Below the pieces are notes generated by a model. The model ran no database searches. It worked only from the letters and a program-made list of their open reading frames with translations, and was not told the DNA's origin. Shown piece after piece: positions 34,290 through 45,471 of a DNA stretch of 64,000 nt (position 1 is its first letter; each line of letters starts with the position of its first letter). Source of the stretch: Mayamaea pseudoterrestris. Lineage: Eukaryota. The stretch is from NCBI GenBank assembly GCA_027923505.1, contig BROI01000022.1, positions 248,001 to 312,000 on the forward strand, read 5' to 3'. Position numbers and translations under genes: made by a program.

Positions 34290-37200
34290 CCCAACAACTT
34301 GTTGGATTTGCATCAGTCCACCTTAAGGGACTTCTTGCCAGAACGCGATTTTGGAATACAAAGAACATTATGTTTCAAATTAAGGGGACTCAAAGGCTTG
34401 TCACCTTGGGTGTGGAAACCATCATTTTCCAGAATGATGGGGATGCCAGCGGTGCACCTTTTTGCACAGGGATCATCAGCGCTGCCTGCGCTGCCTGAAA
34501 TCCTTTCAATTCATGGGTCATGATGAGCCAATGCTTTGGTCAGTTGCACCCATTCCAGTCTCCAACACCACGTATGCCATGGTGAGACTCAGCTTGCAGA
34601 TCCAACAACTTGTTGGATCTGCTAGCAGTGCACCTCAAGTGGCATTTCTGACTGCCAGAATTGCCTGCCAATGGTCTGAAAAAATATCTATTGATAAAGG
34701 CTTGTCACCTGGTGCTACCACCATCATACGTGACCATTGGCCTCATGGTTGAATGTGGCAGCTGTGCACCATGTTGGCTATTGGGATTATCAGCGCGTGC
34801 CTTCAGAGGCCTCTGGGAAAACCCATTCATGTTGGTGACATGATGGGCCTATGATTTGGTCGGTTGCACCCATTTCAGACTCCAAACACGTGTGCCATGG
34901 TGAGACTCATCTTGAAGTTCAAACAACTTGTTGGATCTGCTAGTACCAGTGGCACTTCTTGACTGCAAGCAACGGCCTGCCAATTCTGGAATACAAAGAA
35001 CATTTTTCGGTTTGGCCAATCAAAGGCTCGGCTTGTCACCTTGGGGTGTGGAAACCTCTTTTGCCAGTCACCGTGCATTCCCAAGATAATGTCTGCGGCC
35101 AGTGGGTGCAGCGTATGGCTGCCTCAGCGCTGCCTTCTGAGCCCTGAAATCCTTTCCAATTCATGTTTGGTGTCATGATGGGCCAATGCTTTGGTCAGTT
35201 GCATCCATTTCAGTCTCCAACACCACGTATGCCATGGTGAGACTCAGCTTGCAAATTCAACAATTTGTTGGATCTGCTAGCAGTCCACCTCGAGTGGCAC
35301 TTCTGACTGCCAGAACGGCCTGCCAATTCTGGAATACAAAGAACATTATGTTTCAAATTCAAAAGGACTCAAAGGCTTGTCACCTTGGGGGTGGAAACCA
35401 TCCTTTTGCCAAGAAACACCGCACATTCAACCAATGGTTGAATGTGCCAGTGGTGCACCCTTTTTGGCTACAGGGATCATCAGCCATGCATTCTGAGCCC
35501 TGAAATCCTTTCCGATTCATGTTTGGTGTCATGATGGGCCAATGATTTGGTCAGTTGCACCCATTCCAGTCTCCACCACCACGTATGCCATGGTGAGACT
35601 CGGCTTGCAGATTCAACAACTTGTTGGATCTGCTAGCAGTGCACCTCAAGTGGCATTTCTGACTGCCAGAATTGCCTGCCAATTCTGGAATACAAAGAAC
35701 ATTATGTTTCAATTTGATTGGGACTCAAAGGCTTGTCACCTTGGGTGTGGAAACCATCATTTTGCCAAGAGACTCCGCACATTCAACCAATGGGGTGGTT
35801 GAATGTGCCAGCGGTGCACCTATTTTGGCTACAGGGATCATCAGCGCTGCCTTCTGAGCCCTGAAAACCTTTCCAATTCATGTTTGGTGTCATGATGGGC
35901 CAATGCTTTGGTCAGTTGCATCCATTTCAGTCTCCACCAACACGTATGCCATGGTGAGACCCAGCTTGCAGATCCAACAACTTGTTGGATCTGCTAGCAG
36001 TGCACCTCAAGTGGCACTTCTGACTGCCAAAACGGCCTGCCAATTCTGGAATACAAAGAACATTCTGTTTCAATTTGATTAGGACTCAAAGGCTTGTCAC
36101 CTTGGGTGTGGAAACCATCATTTTGCCATGAGACTCCACACATTCAACCAATGGTTGAATGTGCCAGCGATGCACATATTTTGGCTACAGGGATCATCAG
36201 CGCTGCCTTCTGAGCCCTGAAATCCTTTCCAATTCATGTTTGGTGTCATGATGGGCCAATGATTTGGTCAGTTGCACCCATTCCAGTCTCCAATACCACG
36301 TATGCCATGGTGATACATGGCTTGCAGATCCAAATATTTGTTGGATCTACTAGCAGTGCACCTCAAATGGCATTTCTGACTGCCAGAAATGCCTACCAAT
36401 TCTGAATACAAAGACATTCTGTTTATATTTGATTAGGAGTCAAAGGCTTGTCACCTTGGGTGTGGAAACCATCATTTTGCCACGAGACTCCGCGATTCAA
36501 CAAATGGTTGAATGTGCCAGTGGTGCACCCATTTTGGCTACAGGGATTATCAGCGCTGCCTTCTGAGCCCTGAATCCTTTCCAATTCATGTTTGGTGTCA
36601 TGATGAGCCAATGGTTCAGTCAGTTGCACTCATTGCAGTCTCTACCACCATGTGTGCCATGGTGAGACTCAGCTTGCAGATCCAACAACTTGTTGGATCT
36701 GCTAGCAGTGCACCTCAAGTGGCACTTCTGACTGCCAGAACGGCCTGCCAATTCTGGAATACAAAGAACATTATGTTTCAAATTCAAAAGGACTCAAAGG
36801 CTTGTCACCTTGGGTGTGGAAACCATCATTTGCCAAGAGATTCCGCACATTCAACCAATGGTTGAATGTGCCAGCGGTGCACCCATTTTGGTGACAGGGA
36901 TCATCAGCGCTGCCTTCTGAGCCCTGAAATCCTTTCCAATTCATGTTTGGTGTCATGATGGGCCAATGATTTGGTCAGTTGCACCCATTCCAGTCTCCAA
37001 TACCACGTATGCCATGGTGATACTCGGCTTGCAGATCCAAATATTTGTTGGATCTGCTAGCAGTGCACCTCAAGTGGCACTTCTGACTGCCAGAACGGTC
37101 TGCCAATTCTGGAATACAAAGAACATTATGTTTCAATTTGATTAGGGCTTAAAGGCTTGTCACCTTGGGTGTGGAAACCATCATTTTGCCATGAGACTCC

Positions 37201-39313
37201 GCGATTCAACAAATGGTTGAATGTGCCAGTGGTGCACCCATTTTGGCTACAGGGATTATCAGCGCTGCCTTCTGAGCCCTGAAACCTTTCCGATTCATGT
37301 TTTTGGTGTCTTGATGGGCCAATGATTTGGTCAGTTACACCCATTCCAGTCTCCAACACCACGTATGCCATGGTGAGACTCAGCTTGCAGATTCAACAAC
37401 TTGTTGGATCTGCTAGCAGTGCACCTCAAGTGGCACTTATGACTGCCAGAACAGCCTGCCAATTCTGGAACACAAAGAACATTATGTTTCAAATTCAAAA
37501 TGACTCAAAAGCTTGTCACCTTGGGTGTGGAAACCATCATTTTGCCATGAGACTCCACACATTCAACCAATGGTTGAATGTGCCAGCGATGCACATATTT
37601 TGGCTACAGGGATCATCAGCGCTGCCTTCTGAGCCCTGAATCCTTTCCAATTCATGTTTGGTGTCATGATGAGCCAATGGTTCAGTCAGTTGCACTCATT
37701 GCAGTCTCCACCATGATGTATGCCATGGTGATACTCGGCTTGCAGATCCAAATATTTGTTGGATCTGCTAGCAGTGCACCTCAAGTGGCACTTCTGACTG
37801 CGAGAACTGCCTGCCAATTCTGGAATACAAAGAACATTATGCTTCAAATTCAAAAGGACTCAAAGGCTTGTCACCTTGGGTGTGAAACCCATCCTTTTGC
37901 CATGAGAATCCGCACATTCAACCAATGGTTGAATGTGCCAGCGGTGCACCCTTTTTGGCTACAGGAATCATCAGCGCTGCCTTCTGAGCCCTGAAAACCT
38001 TTCTGATTCATTTTGTTGGTGTCATGATGGGCCAATAATTTGGTCAGTTGCACCCATTCCAGTCTCCACCACCACGTATGCCATGGTGAGACTCGGCTTG
38101 CAGATCCAAATATTTGTTGGATCTGCTAGCAGTGCACCTCAAGTGGCACTTATGACTGCCAGAACGGCCTGCCAATTCTGGAACACAAAGAACATTATGT
38201 TTCAAATTCAAAATGACTCAAAGGCTTGTCACCTTGGGTGTGGAAACCATCATTTGCCAAGAGGTTCCGCCAGCGGTGCACCCATTTTGGTGACAGGGAT
38301 CATCAGCGCTGCCTTCTGAGCCCTGAAATCCTTTCCAATTCATGTTTGGTGTCATGATGGGCCAATGATTTGGTCAGTTGCACCCATTCCAGTCTCCAAT
38401 ACCACGTATGCCAAGGTGATACTTGGCTTGCAGATCCAAATATTTGTTGGATCTGCTAGCAGTGCACCTCAAGTGGCACTTCTGACTGCGAGAACTGCCT
38501 GCCAATTCTGGAATACAAAGAACATTATGTTTCAATTTGATTAGGGCTCAAAGGCTTGTCACCTTGGGTGTGGAAACCATCATTTTGCCATGAGACTCCG
38601 CACATTCAACCAATGGTTGAATGTGCCAGCGGTGCACCCATTTTGGCTACAGGGATCATCAGCGCTGCCTTCTGAGCCCTGAAATCCTTTCCAATTCATG
38701 TTTGGTGTCATGATTGGCCAATGCTTTGGTCAGTTGCACCCATTCCAGTCTCCAACACCACGTATGCCATGGTGAGACTCGGCTTGCAGATTCAACAACT
38801 TGTTGGATCTGCTAGCAGTGCACCTCAAGTGGCACTTCTGACTGCCAGAACGGCCTGCCAATTCTGGAATACAAAGAAAATTATGTTTCAAAATAAAAAT
38901 GACTCAAAGGCTTGTCACCTTGGGTGTGGAAACCATCATTTGCCAAGAGACTCCGCACATTCAACCAATGGTTGAATGTGCCAGCGGTGCACCCTTTTTT
39001 GGCTGCAGGGATCATCAGCACTGCCTTCTGAGCCCTAAAAACCTTTCTGATTCATTTTTTTGGTGTCATGATGGGCCAATGCTTTGGTCAGTTGCACCCA
39101 TTCCAGTCTCCAACACCACGTATGCCATGGTGAGACTCAGCTTGCAGATCCAACAACTTGTTGGATCTGCTAGCAGTGCACCTCAAGTGGCACTTATGAC
39201 TGCCAGAACGGCCTGCTGATTCAGGAACACATAGAACATTATGTTTCATATTCAAAATGACTCAAAGGCTTGTCACCTTGGGTGTGAAACCCATCCTTTT
39301 GCCATGAGACTCC
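34290..39313. repeat. Satellite 2: tandem array of ~14 x ~356-bp monomers, each a diverged dimer with two 27-bp palindromes
   Basis: TCAT(G/T)TTT anchor at 35161, 35517, 35878, 36234, 36586, 36941, 37295, 37652, 38008, 38340, 38696, 39052; degenerate copies to the left. Confidence 0.98.
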
Positions 39314-39329
39314 TGACACGATGCAGTTC

Positions 39330-40691
39330 CAGTTCGTACGGCTGCAACGATTCCTCACCCTCTGTAGTCGGTTTCCAAGTGAGCGGGATGATCAGTCCTT
39401 TACCTTGGTTTATCCTACAGGGGTCTTATTCTACAAAACGCTAGTTGATTAAGCAGTTCTCTAGAAAGTGAGTTGATTTACGATCTGTCGAGAAAGAGTG
39501 ATTGATCAGATGGCTCTTTCAAGACCATTCACGATAGTGAATACTAATCTTGTTTAATCGTGCCTGCGGCTGGCACACATGCAATATTTCAATGACGTAG
39601 TTGTGAGTAGATGTCTTTTCTGGTACCGCAACGGAGGTTCGAGTACTATGCTCGTTCGCCCCCGGCGACGTCTAGGTTCGCGTCAAGCGACTGGACTAGA
39701 TCGTCATTGTGACAACGTCAGCGCCATTCATTTGCACTAGCCTTGCTAGAATCAAAGACCTGCGTGCCTTGCTTGCGACAACTTTCCTGCAAGCGAATTT
39801 TTGCGCGAAGCTTGGTTGCGTTAACTGTCAAAGCAGACTTGTCCATTGTAGAGCTGTCTCCATCGCCAGACGCATTGGATTCAAGTTCCTTGGAGTCAAA
39901 AGCCTCCTGCTCGCTGTCCATCTTGACCTTGGCTGGCTGCTTGCGGCTGCCTTTCTGTGGCATGCTTGTGCGCTTGAGAGACTTGCTGGCACTGTTACCA
40001 ATACTGGGATTGACAACGGAGTCACTGCCACAAGCTTGCTTGGGAATAGCACCAATGTCAACGGTGTTGGAAGCAGCGCTGGGAGCAGTCGTGCTCATAT
40101 CCAAACAAATCTTTGACGCATGCGGCTTGTACTTAAAATGATTGCTGGTGCTGACGGCTTCATTCGAAAGGTTTTCCTTGAGTGGAACAACTTGCAAAAT
40201 GACATGGAAGAGCCCATCTTTCTGCGGCAAAGCTGTTGACAAGGCATTCTGCGTGGTCCAGCTGTCGTACAAATCAATGAGTTCAAGGTCACCGTTCTTT
40301 CCAAGGAGATACACCTCGAAACCAAACTTGTTGATCAGAGTTGGCAGATTTTGCGGATCACCACCCGTCTTGGCGACGCGCCATCCGTGACTGACTTGGG
40401 TCCCATAATCATCCATCGTTTCAAGCGTCTCAAGGAGGATGGCGATGATGGTGCCGTCTTGGAGAATGGATCAAACAAGACTTTTGCGCAAGGTGTAGTG
40501 ATTGTCAATGACATTCTCTTGACTGCACTGATGATACTATCATTGCCGTCAATGACCTTCTTCATTCCCAGACAACTTGTGTTCAAGCTTGTCTTGTCGT
40601 TGCTTTTGTCCATGGAATGTCCAGTGGCTTGATGTTTTGCATGCGCTTCAGGCGTGAGGAACGCCAGCTTGGTCGTGACAACATCAGCCAT
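39330..40691 (-). pseudogene. Disrupted ORF of unknown family (gene or TE accessory gene relic) running into satellite 2
   Basis: ATG 40691 frame shifts near 40520 into the 39718-40416 frame (SAVK/ENVIDNHYTLRKSLV*SILQDGTIIAILLETLETMDDYG); TGA stops at 40473, 39720 and 39521 interrupt protein-like sequence. Confidence 0.55.
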
Positions 40692-43560
40692 GATGAAGGT
40701 GAATGCAGTAGTTTGATGAGGAGGATGTGATACAAGACGAGTGCAGGGAGTAGGCAAGGCATGTTGGCAAGTTCACTTTGCTGCAGGTCAGGTTTTTTGA
40801 AATGGTCGTTGCCTAGCCGCGAAAGCGAGGCTTGGCGCGGCGCGCGTGCAATGACGGTCACATTTATAAACCAACCAATCAAAACTCTACACATTGACTT
40901 CATGCCATTGATTAGCTAACTCTTGTAAGCCAGAAAATGAAAAAGTCACAACAAGACTCCAGCGTGGAATTGTTATGTATACAACCTATTTACGTGAATG
41001 TATAGATAGCACGATAATAAGCATCTTTGAAATGGGTACTTCCTATAATGTTACAAAGATCCAAATAGTGGGTAGCTAAAAGTTGCTGCGAACAACATCA
41101 TGGGAGCCAAGCACGTTCGCAGAAGAGCCACGCATCGACGTCTTCCACCTTGAATATGCACTGGCAAACAGCAGCGCTGCAGCATAGTGGAAAGCAAAAT
41201 CGATGAACGCCTTGTCCTTGGCAGCATGTGTCGACACCGTTGACATCTTGGATTGATGGGTTGGATGCATGCCTTGCTTTGACTCCCATTCACAAGGCCA
41301 GTGTTAATTTGGGAAGGCACGTTTTTGTTTGATGGCTCTTTGCGATTTGCCTCGTTTGCTACATCTCAAAATCAAGAGTGAATGGTGAGCGTATCATAAT
41401 GGCAATGATATACGCAAAGAGCTGGCATTTTTCCTCGACGGCGGCAATTTCCATGCAAAGCGACGTTTGCTCCCTTCTTGCCTTCACGACACTATTCTCC
41501 CTGCATTACACGCCATTCCAAGTTTGAAATCTTTGCACAATACCAGGACAAAATGAACCATTGGTTGATTCCCGACTTGACACTGCCCCCATTTCCAGCA
41601 CGATTTGCCCGCGTCTTGCTTTCAAAATGTTTGTCAAGCGTTTGCCGGAGCAAAGTTAGAAATGTGTCACGTGCACTTCACGCAGTCCCAAACACCGCTT
41701 TTCCTGCAAAACCAATCATTACCAGCAGGTGGTTTCCGCTGCATTGCGGTCATGCATGGAGAGCTTCTCTCTGCCGTACATAATCTGTTGACCATTACCT
41801 ATCGACCCCGATGCACTTACCGGTGTGACTATTGGAAAGAAGAATGTTTTGCTTTTGCTCTGGTGACCGTTTAAAGATGATGTTATTGAAGTGACCTTGA
41901 TTGTGGTTGAAGTAGCTCAACACTGTCGTCACTTAAAGAGCTCGATAGTCCAAGGAATCGTGTGCTACATTTTGAGTCAATAGATTTGCAAAGTTATCAT
42001 TGGCTTGAAGAGAACTACACATGCTCCGCTCCATTGCTACTCAAGCAGTTATAGAGCAAACATAGAGTTAAACGATTTGGTTTGGATGATCATGGTCGGG
42101 CCTTGTTTGACATGGGCATCAAGGACTCCATTGACAATTCAATTTGAATGACGCAGGCCGGCCGGGCCATTTTCAATCCAACTGACAAGCGCCAAAGTGT
42201 TACCATCCTAAAACAAGTCATTGACCACCAGGAGTCTTTTACCGTTTGCGGGAAAAGCCACCTTGATTTACAAGCGACGACACAAAAACTTGACTTATAA
42301 GACTACAACTACAATGGGCGATATCATGCCTCGAGCTGTCGACACATTGCCAGCCGAACAGGGGGCACTTGCGTCGCGACGAAACGACAGGCGCAGGCCA
42401 CACCAGTCCAATAATCTGCTCCTGCTGCCACCAAGAGCAAGGTCCAATTCCACCTCGATGAGGAGGAAGGTAATTAATTTGTTTGTATTCGCGATATTCG
42501 AGCATCCAAGCGTAAAGGAGATCATTGAATCCAACACACTTGAAGCGCAATTATCTTGCTGACAATCAAGCTACTGTACTGAGCATCTAGGACAATTTAA
42601 TACAACCAAGGAACCAGCAGAGGTTTGCCGGCTAACGATTTAAAAAGTAGGTACTGGCAGTGCAAGTAATTTTGTTGTTAAATATTCATTTATTTGTGTA
42701 TTGACGTACCACATTTACCCAGCACAAGCATGTTATTTGTAGAAGTCGGCCAATGCGCATCTTGAACACGATCTGTATTTCAAAGGCCCATCAACTCATT
42801 TTTTATTGAAGCATTTACTGAAAGCCAAGACATTGTACTGATCAGGATCGTAAAGTACAATCTCCCACGATTCGCAGACGACAATCGCCTGCAACTTTCC
42901 GCAACTTAATCGCAGCAAGCTGTGGCGCTTCTTCCATCTCTGCATCTTTTATATTGTCCAAAGTCCAGATTGCAATCGCCTGTATGGCGTGGCGCATTAA
43001 CGCCAATGACCAGCGGCATCCTCTGTGCATCGCACCAATCACCAACCAATACGTTGCAAATTTTATTGCCTGCACCCAAAATTGAATGGCACAACAAAGT
43101 CAATGCTCCAAGGCACTGTGAGACAGTTCGTGAACGGCCAAATGCAACAGTACGTTGCGCAATCCACCCAATTATTGTGCGGTGCAAAGCATTGCGAAAA
43201 CACGTGGGCCGGCTCAGCGAATAGTTCATCCAGTTTCATCAAGTGAAAATAAGAGGCGTATTTGAAAACACCCAAAGATGCACTGTCTTGTTTGTCCCAT
43301 CCATAACATGTACATGCCTTTTACATATTATAGACAAGATGCTAGTCAGCTGTAAAGTAATGTGCAAATGTTGATTGCAAGAACAAAACGAATCTTATGA
43401 AATGCCGACAAAACAGCTGGGCGTCGTTTGACTTTTTGGTTTTCATGTCGCTGTGAGCCACCCAAAGATGCGCGCATTCCAAAATGAAGGCGAACAGAAC
43501 ACATCCCTCCTCAAAATTCATCGGCCACTACTATCACTCTCCCGATCACTCTGGTACAAA

Positions 43561-45282
43561 ATGTTCCTGCATCGTCCCCTCCTATCGCTACGAACAGCAG
43601 CAGCAAGTCGCTCCTCGCTATTGTCAAAATGTCGCCCTGCCTCGTCATCATCACCGCACCTTGCCACCACATTCTTTTTGCCGGATCCATCCGACGAAAA
43701 TGCCCATCGCCACCACCAGCAACTCACCAAGATTGTCGCCACCATTGGACCAACCTCGGAGCAGGCGGAACCAATGTTGCAGGTTGTATCGGCAGGCATG
43801 ACGGTGATGCGACTCAACTTTTCGCACGCGACGGTGGAGGAAGTGGAGTTGCGGTGCGCCAATCTGCAAGCGGCGCAGCAAGCAGTTGGTGTAGACAATA
43901 ACATGCGCGCAATATTACTTGATACCAAGGTGAATATATGAAATTGAGGATATTGCGTGAAATATGATTGTCACTACTTTGCTCACTCTTGAATTCTTGT
44001 ACAGGGACCCGAGATTCGCACCGGAAAGCTCGCCAACGATCACAGCGGACACGAAACCATGACACTCACGGCTGGCAATACTATAACGCTGCATACCAGT
44101 CAAGACATTCGCGATGCTGGAAGCACTGAGAGTGATTTATTCATTGACTATCCTGGATTAGCAAAGTGCCTCAAACCATCCATGAAGGTACTTTTGGATG
44201 ATGGTGCCATTCTATTGAATGTCCAATCCACCAATATTGAGCAAGGAACTGTCACTTGCACCATTCAAAACACTGGCGACTTGAGGTCACGGGCCGGCAT
44301 CAATCTACCACTCGCTGACATTAGTGACTTGCCTGCCATGTCGGCCAAGGACAAGGCTGACATTATGTATGGCATGACCAAGGACATTGACTTTGTCGCG
44401 GCCAGCTTTGTCCAAAACGCCCAAGCCGTTCGTGACATTCGAGCGCACATTCAAGACTGCGCCAACCAGCTTGGCTGGACCAGCAATGAGCCTCTTCCGC
44501 TGATTGTCAGCAAGATTGAAACGGCCGGTGCGCTCACACAGTTTGACGAGATTCTGCAGGAATCGGATGCCATCATGGTCGCCCGCGGTGACTTGGGCGT
44601 GGAGATTCCACTGGCGCAGGTGACAAACGCACAAAAGGAAATGGTGGCTGCCTGCAACGCGTCGGGCGTTCCGGTGATTGTTGCGACGCAAATGCTGGAA
44701 AGCATGAGCAAGAATCCGCGACCAACGCGAGCCGAAGTGAGTGATGTCACGAATGCAGTCTATGATGGAGCCGACTGTGTCATGCTTTCTGGTGAGACAG
44801 CAAAGGGAAAGTATCCGTCGGAAACAATTACTTTCATGAATGAGATTATATTAAGTGCGGAGCGATATGCTGATTCCGGCGCGCTTGGACGACCAGCGAC
44901 GCACTCGTTTCTGGCGAGCCCCATGTCGCGCGACTCTGCCGTGGCGCGGGCGGCTGTGGCATCGTCGGAGGAGCGACCGGATGCGGCAGCCATTTTGGTG
45001 TTGACAAACAAACTGGATACTGGTCTGCCTAAACTGGTGTCATCGTTTCGGCCAAATGTGCCCATTTTGGCGTTTGTGTCGTCAGCCAAGCTAGGACGCC
45101 AGTTGCAGCTACACCGCGGCATTATTCCCATTGTTGGTCTAGATAATGTAACCAATGCGGAAAGGTTCAAGCAAGCTGTTGGCATGGCGTGCAGTATGGG
45201 CTACGTCAAAAGTGGGAACGAAGTCGTAGTTATCTCGGTGACCGACGACAAAGAAGCGACAATGAAGATTGTAACAGTCTAA
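43561..45282 (+). CDS. PK: Pyruvate kinase with mitochondrial-type presequence; intron 43930-44004
   Basis: TKIVATIGP, RLNFSH, spliced LDTK|GPEIRTG, SKIET, MVARGDLGVE, ATQMLESM, PTRAEVSDV, MLSGETAKG; Arg/Ser-rich acid-free N-terminus MFLHRPLLSLRTAAASRSS. Confidence 0.97.
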
Positions 45283-45471
45283 TAACTGTATTACCTTTTA
45301 TTGTGTGTTATCTTTCTAAAGATACCTAGCTCTTAGTCTTACAAAATGGAGCTTTACCTCGCTCACATAAATTTGGTAGAATACTGCCCCAATCGGGGTG
45401 GGTCAGTAAAAATGATTGTTTCTAGTACTAGACGCTTTAAACCGACCAAAATATACGCAAGCAGTGCCTGA

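Noticed and set aside
36865..36915. Minus-strand CAGCG-CTGATGA...CGCTG in satellite 2 as a hammerhead
   Set aside because: No GAAA, no stem II, and the triplet before stem I is CAC rather than NUH.
25479..39313. Satellites as 5S rDNA, snRNA arrays or telomeric repeats
   Set aside because: No 5S/snRNA consensus, no pol III terminator-bounded gene and no TTAGGG-type repeats recognised in either monomer.
25889..39444. Dozens of repeated ORFs in the satellite arrays
   Set aside because: 181 and 356 are not multiples of three, frames rotate and stop every 1-2 units, no recognisable domain; artefacts of tandem repetition.
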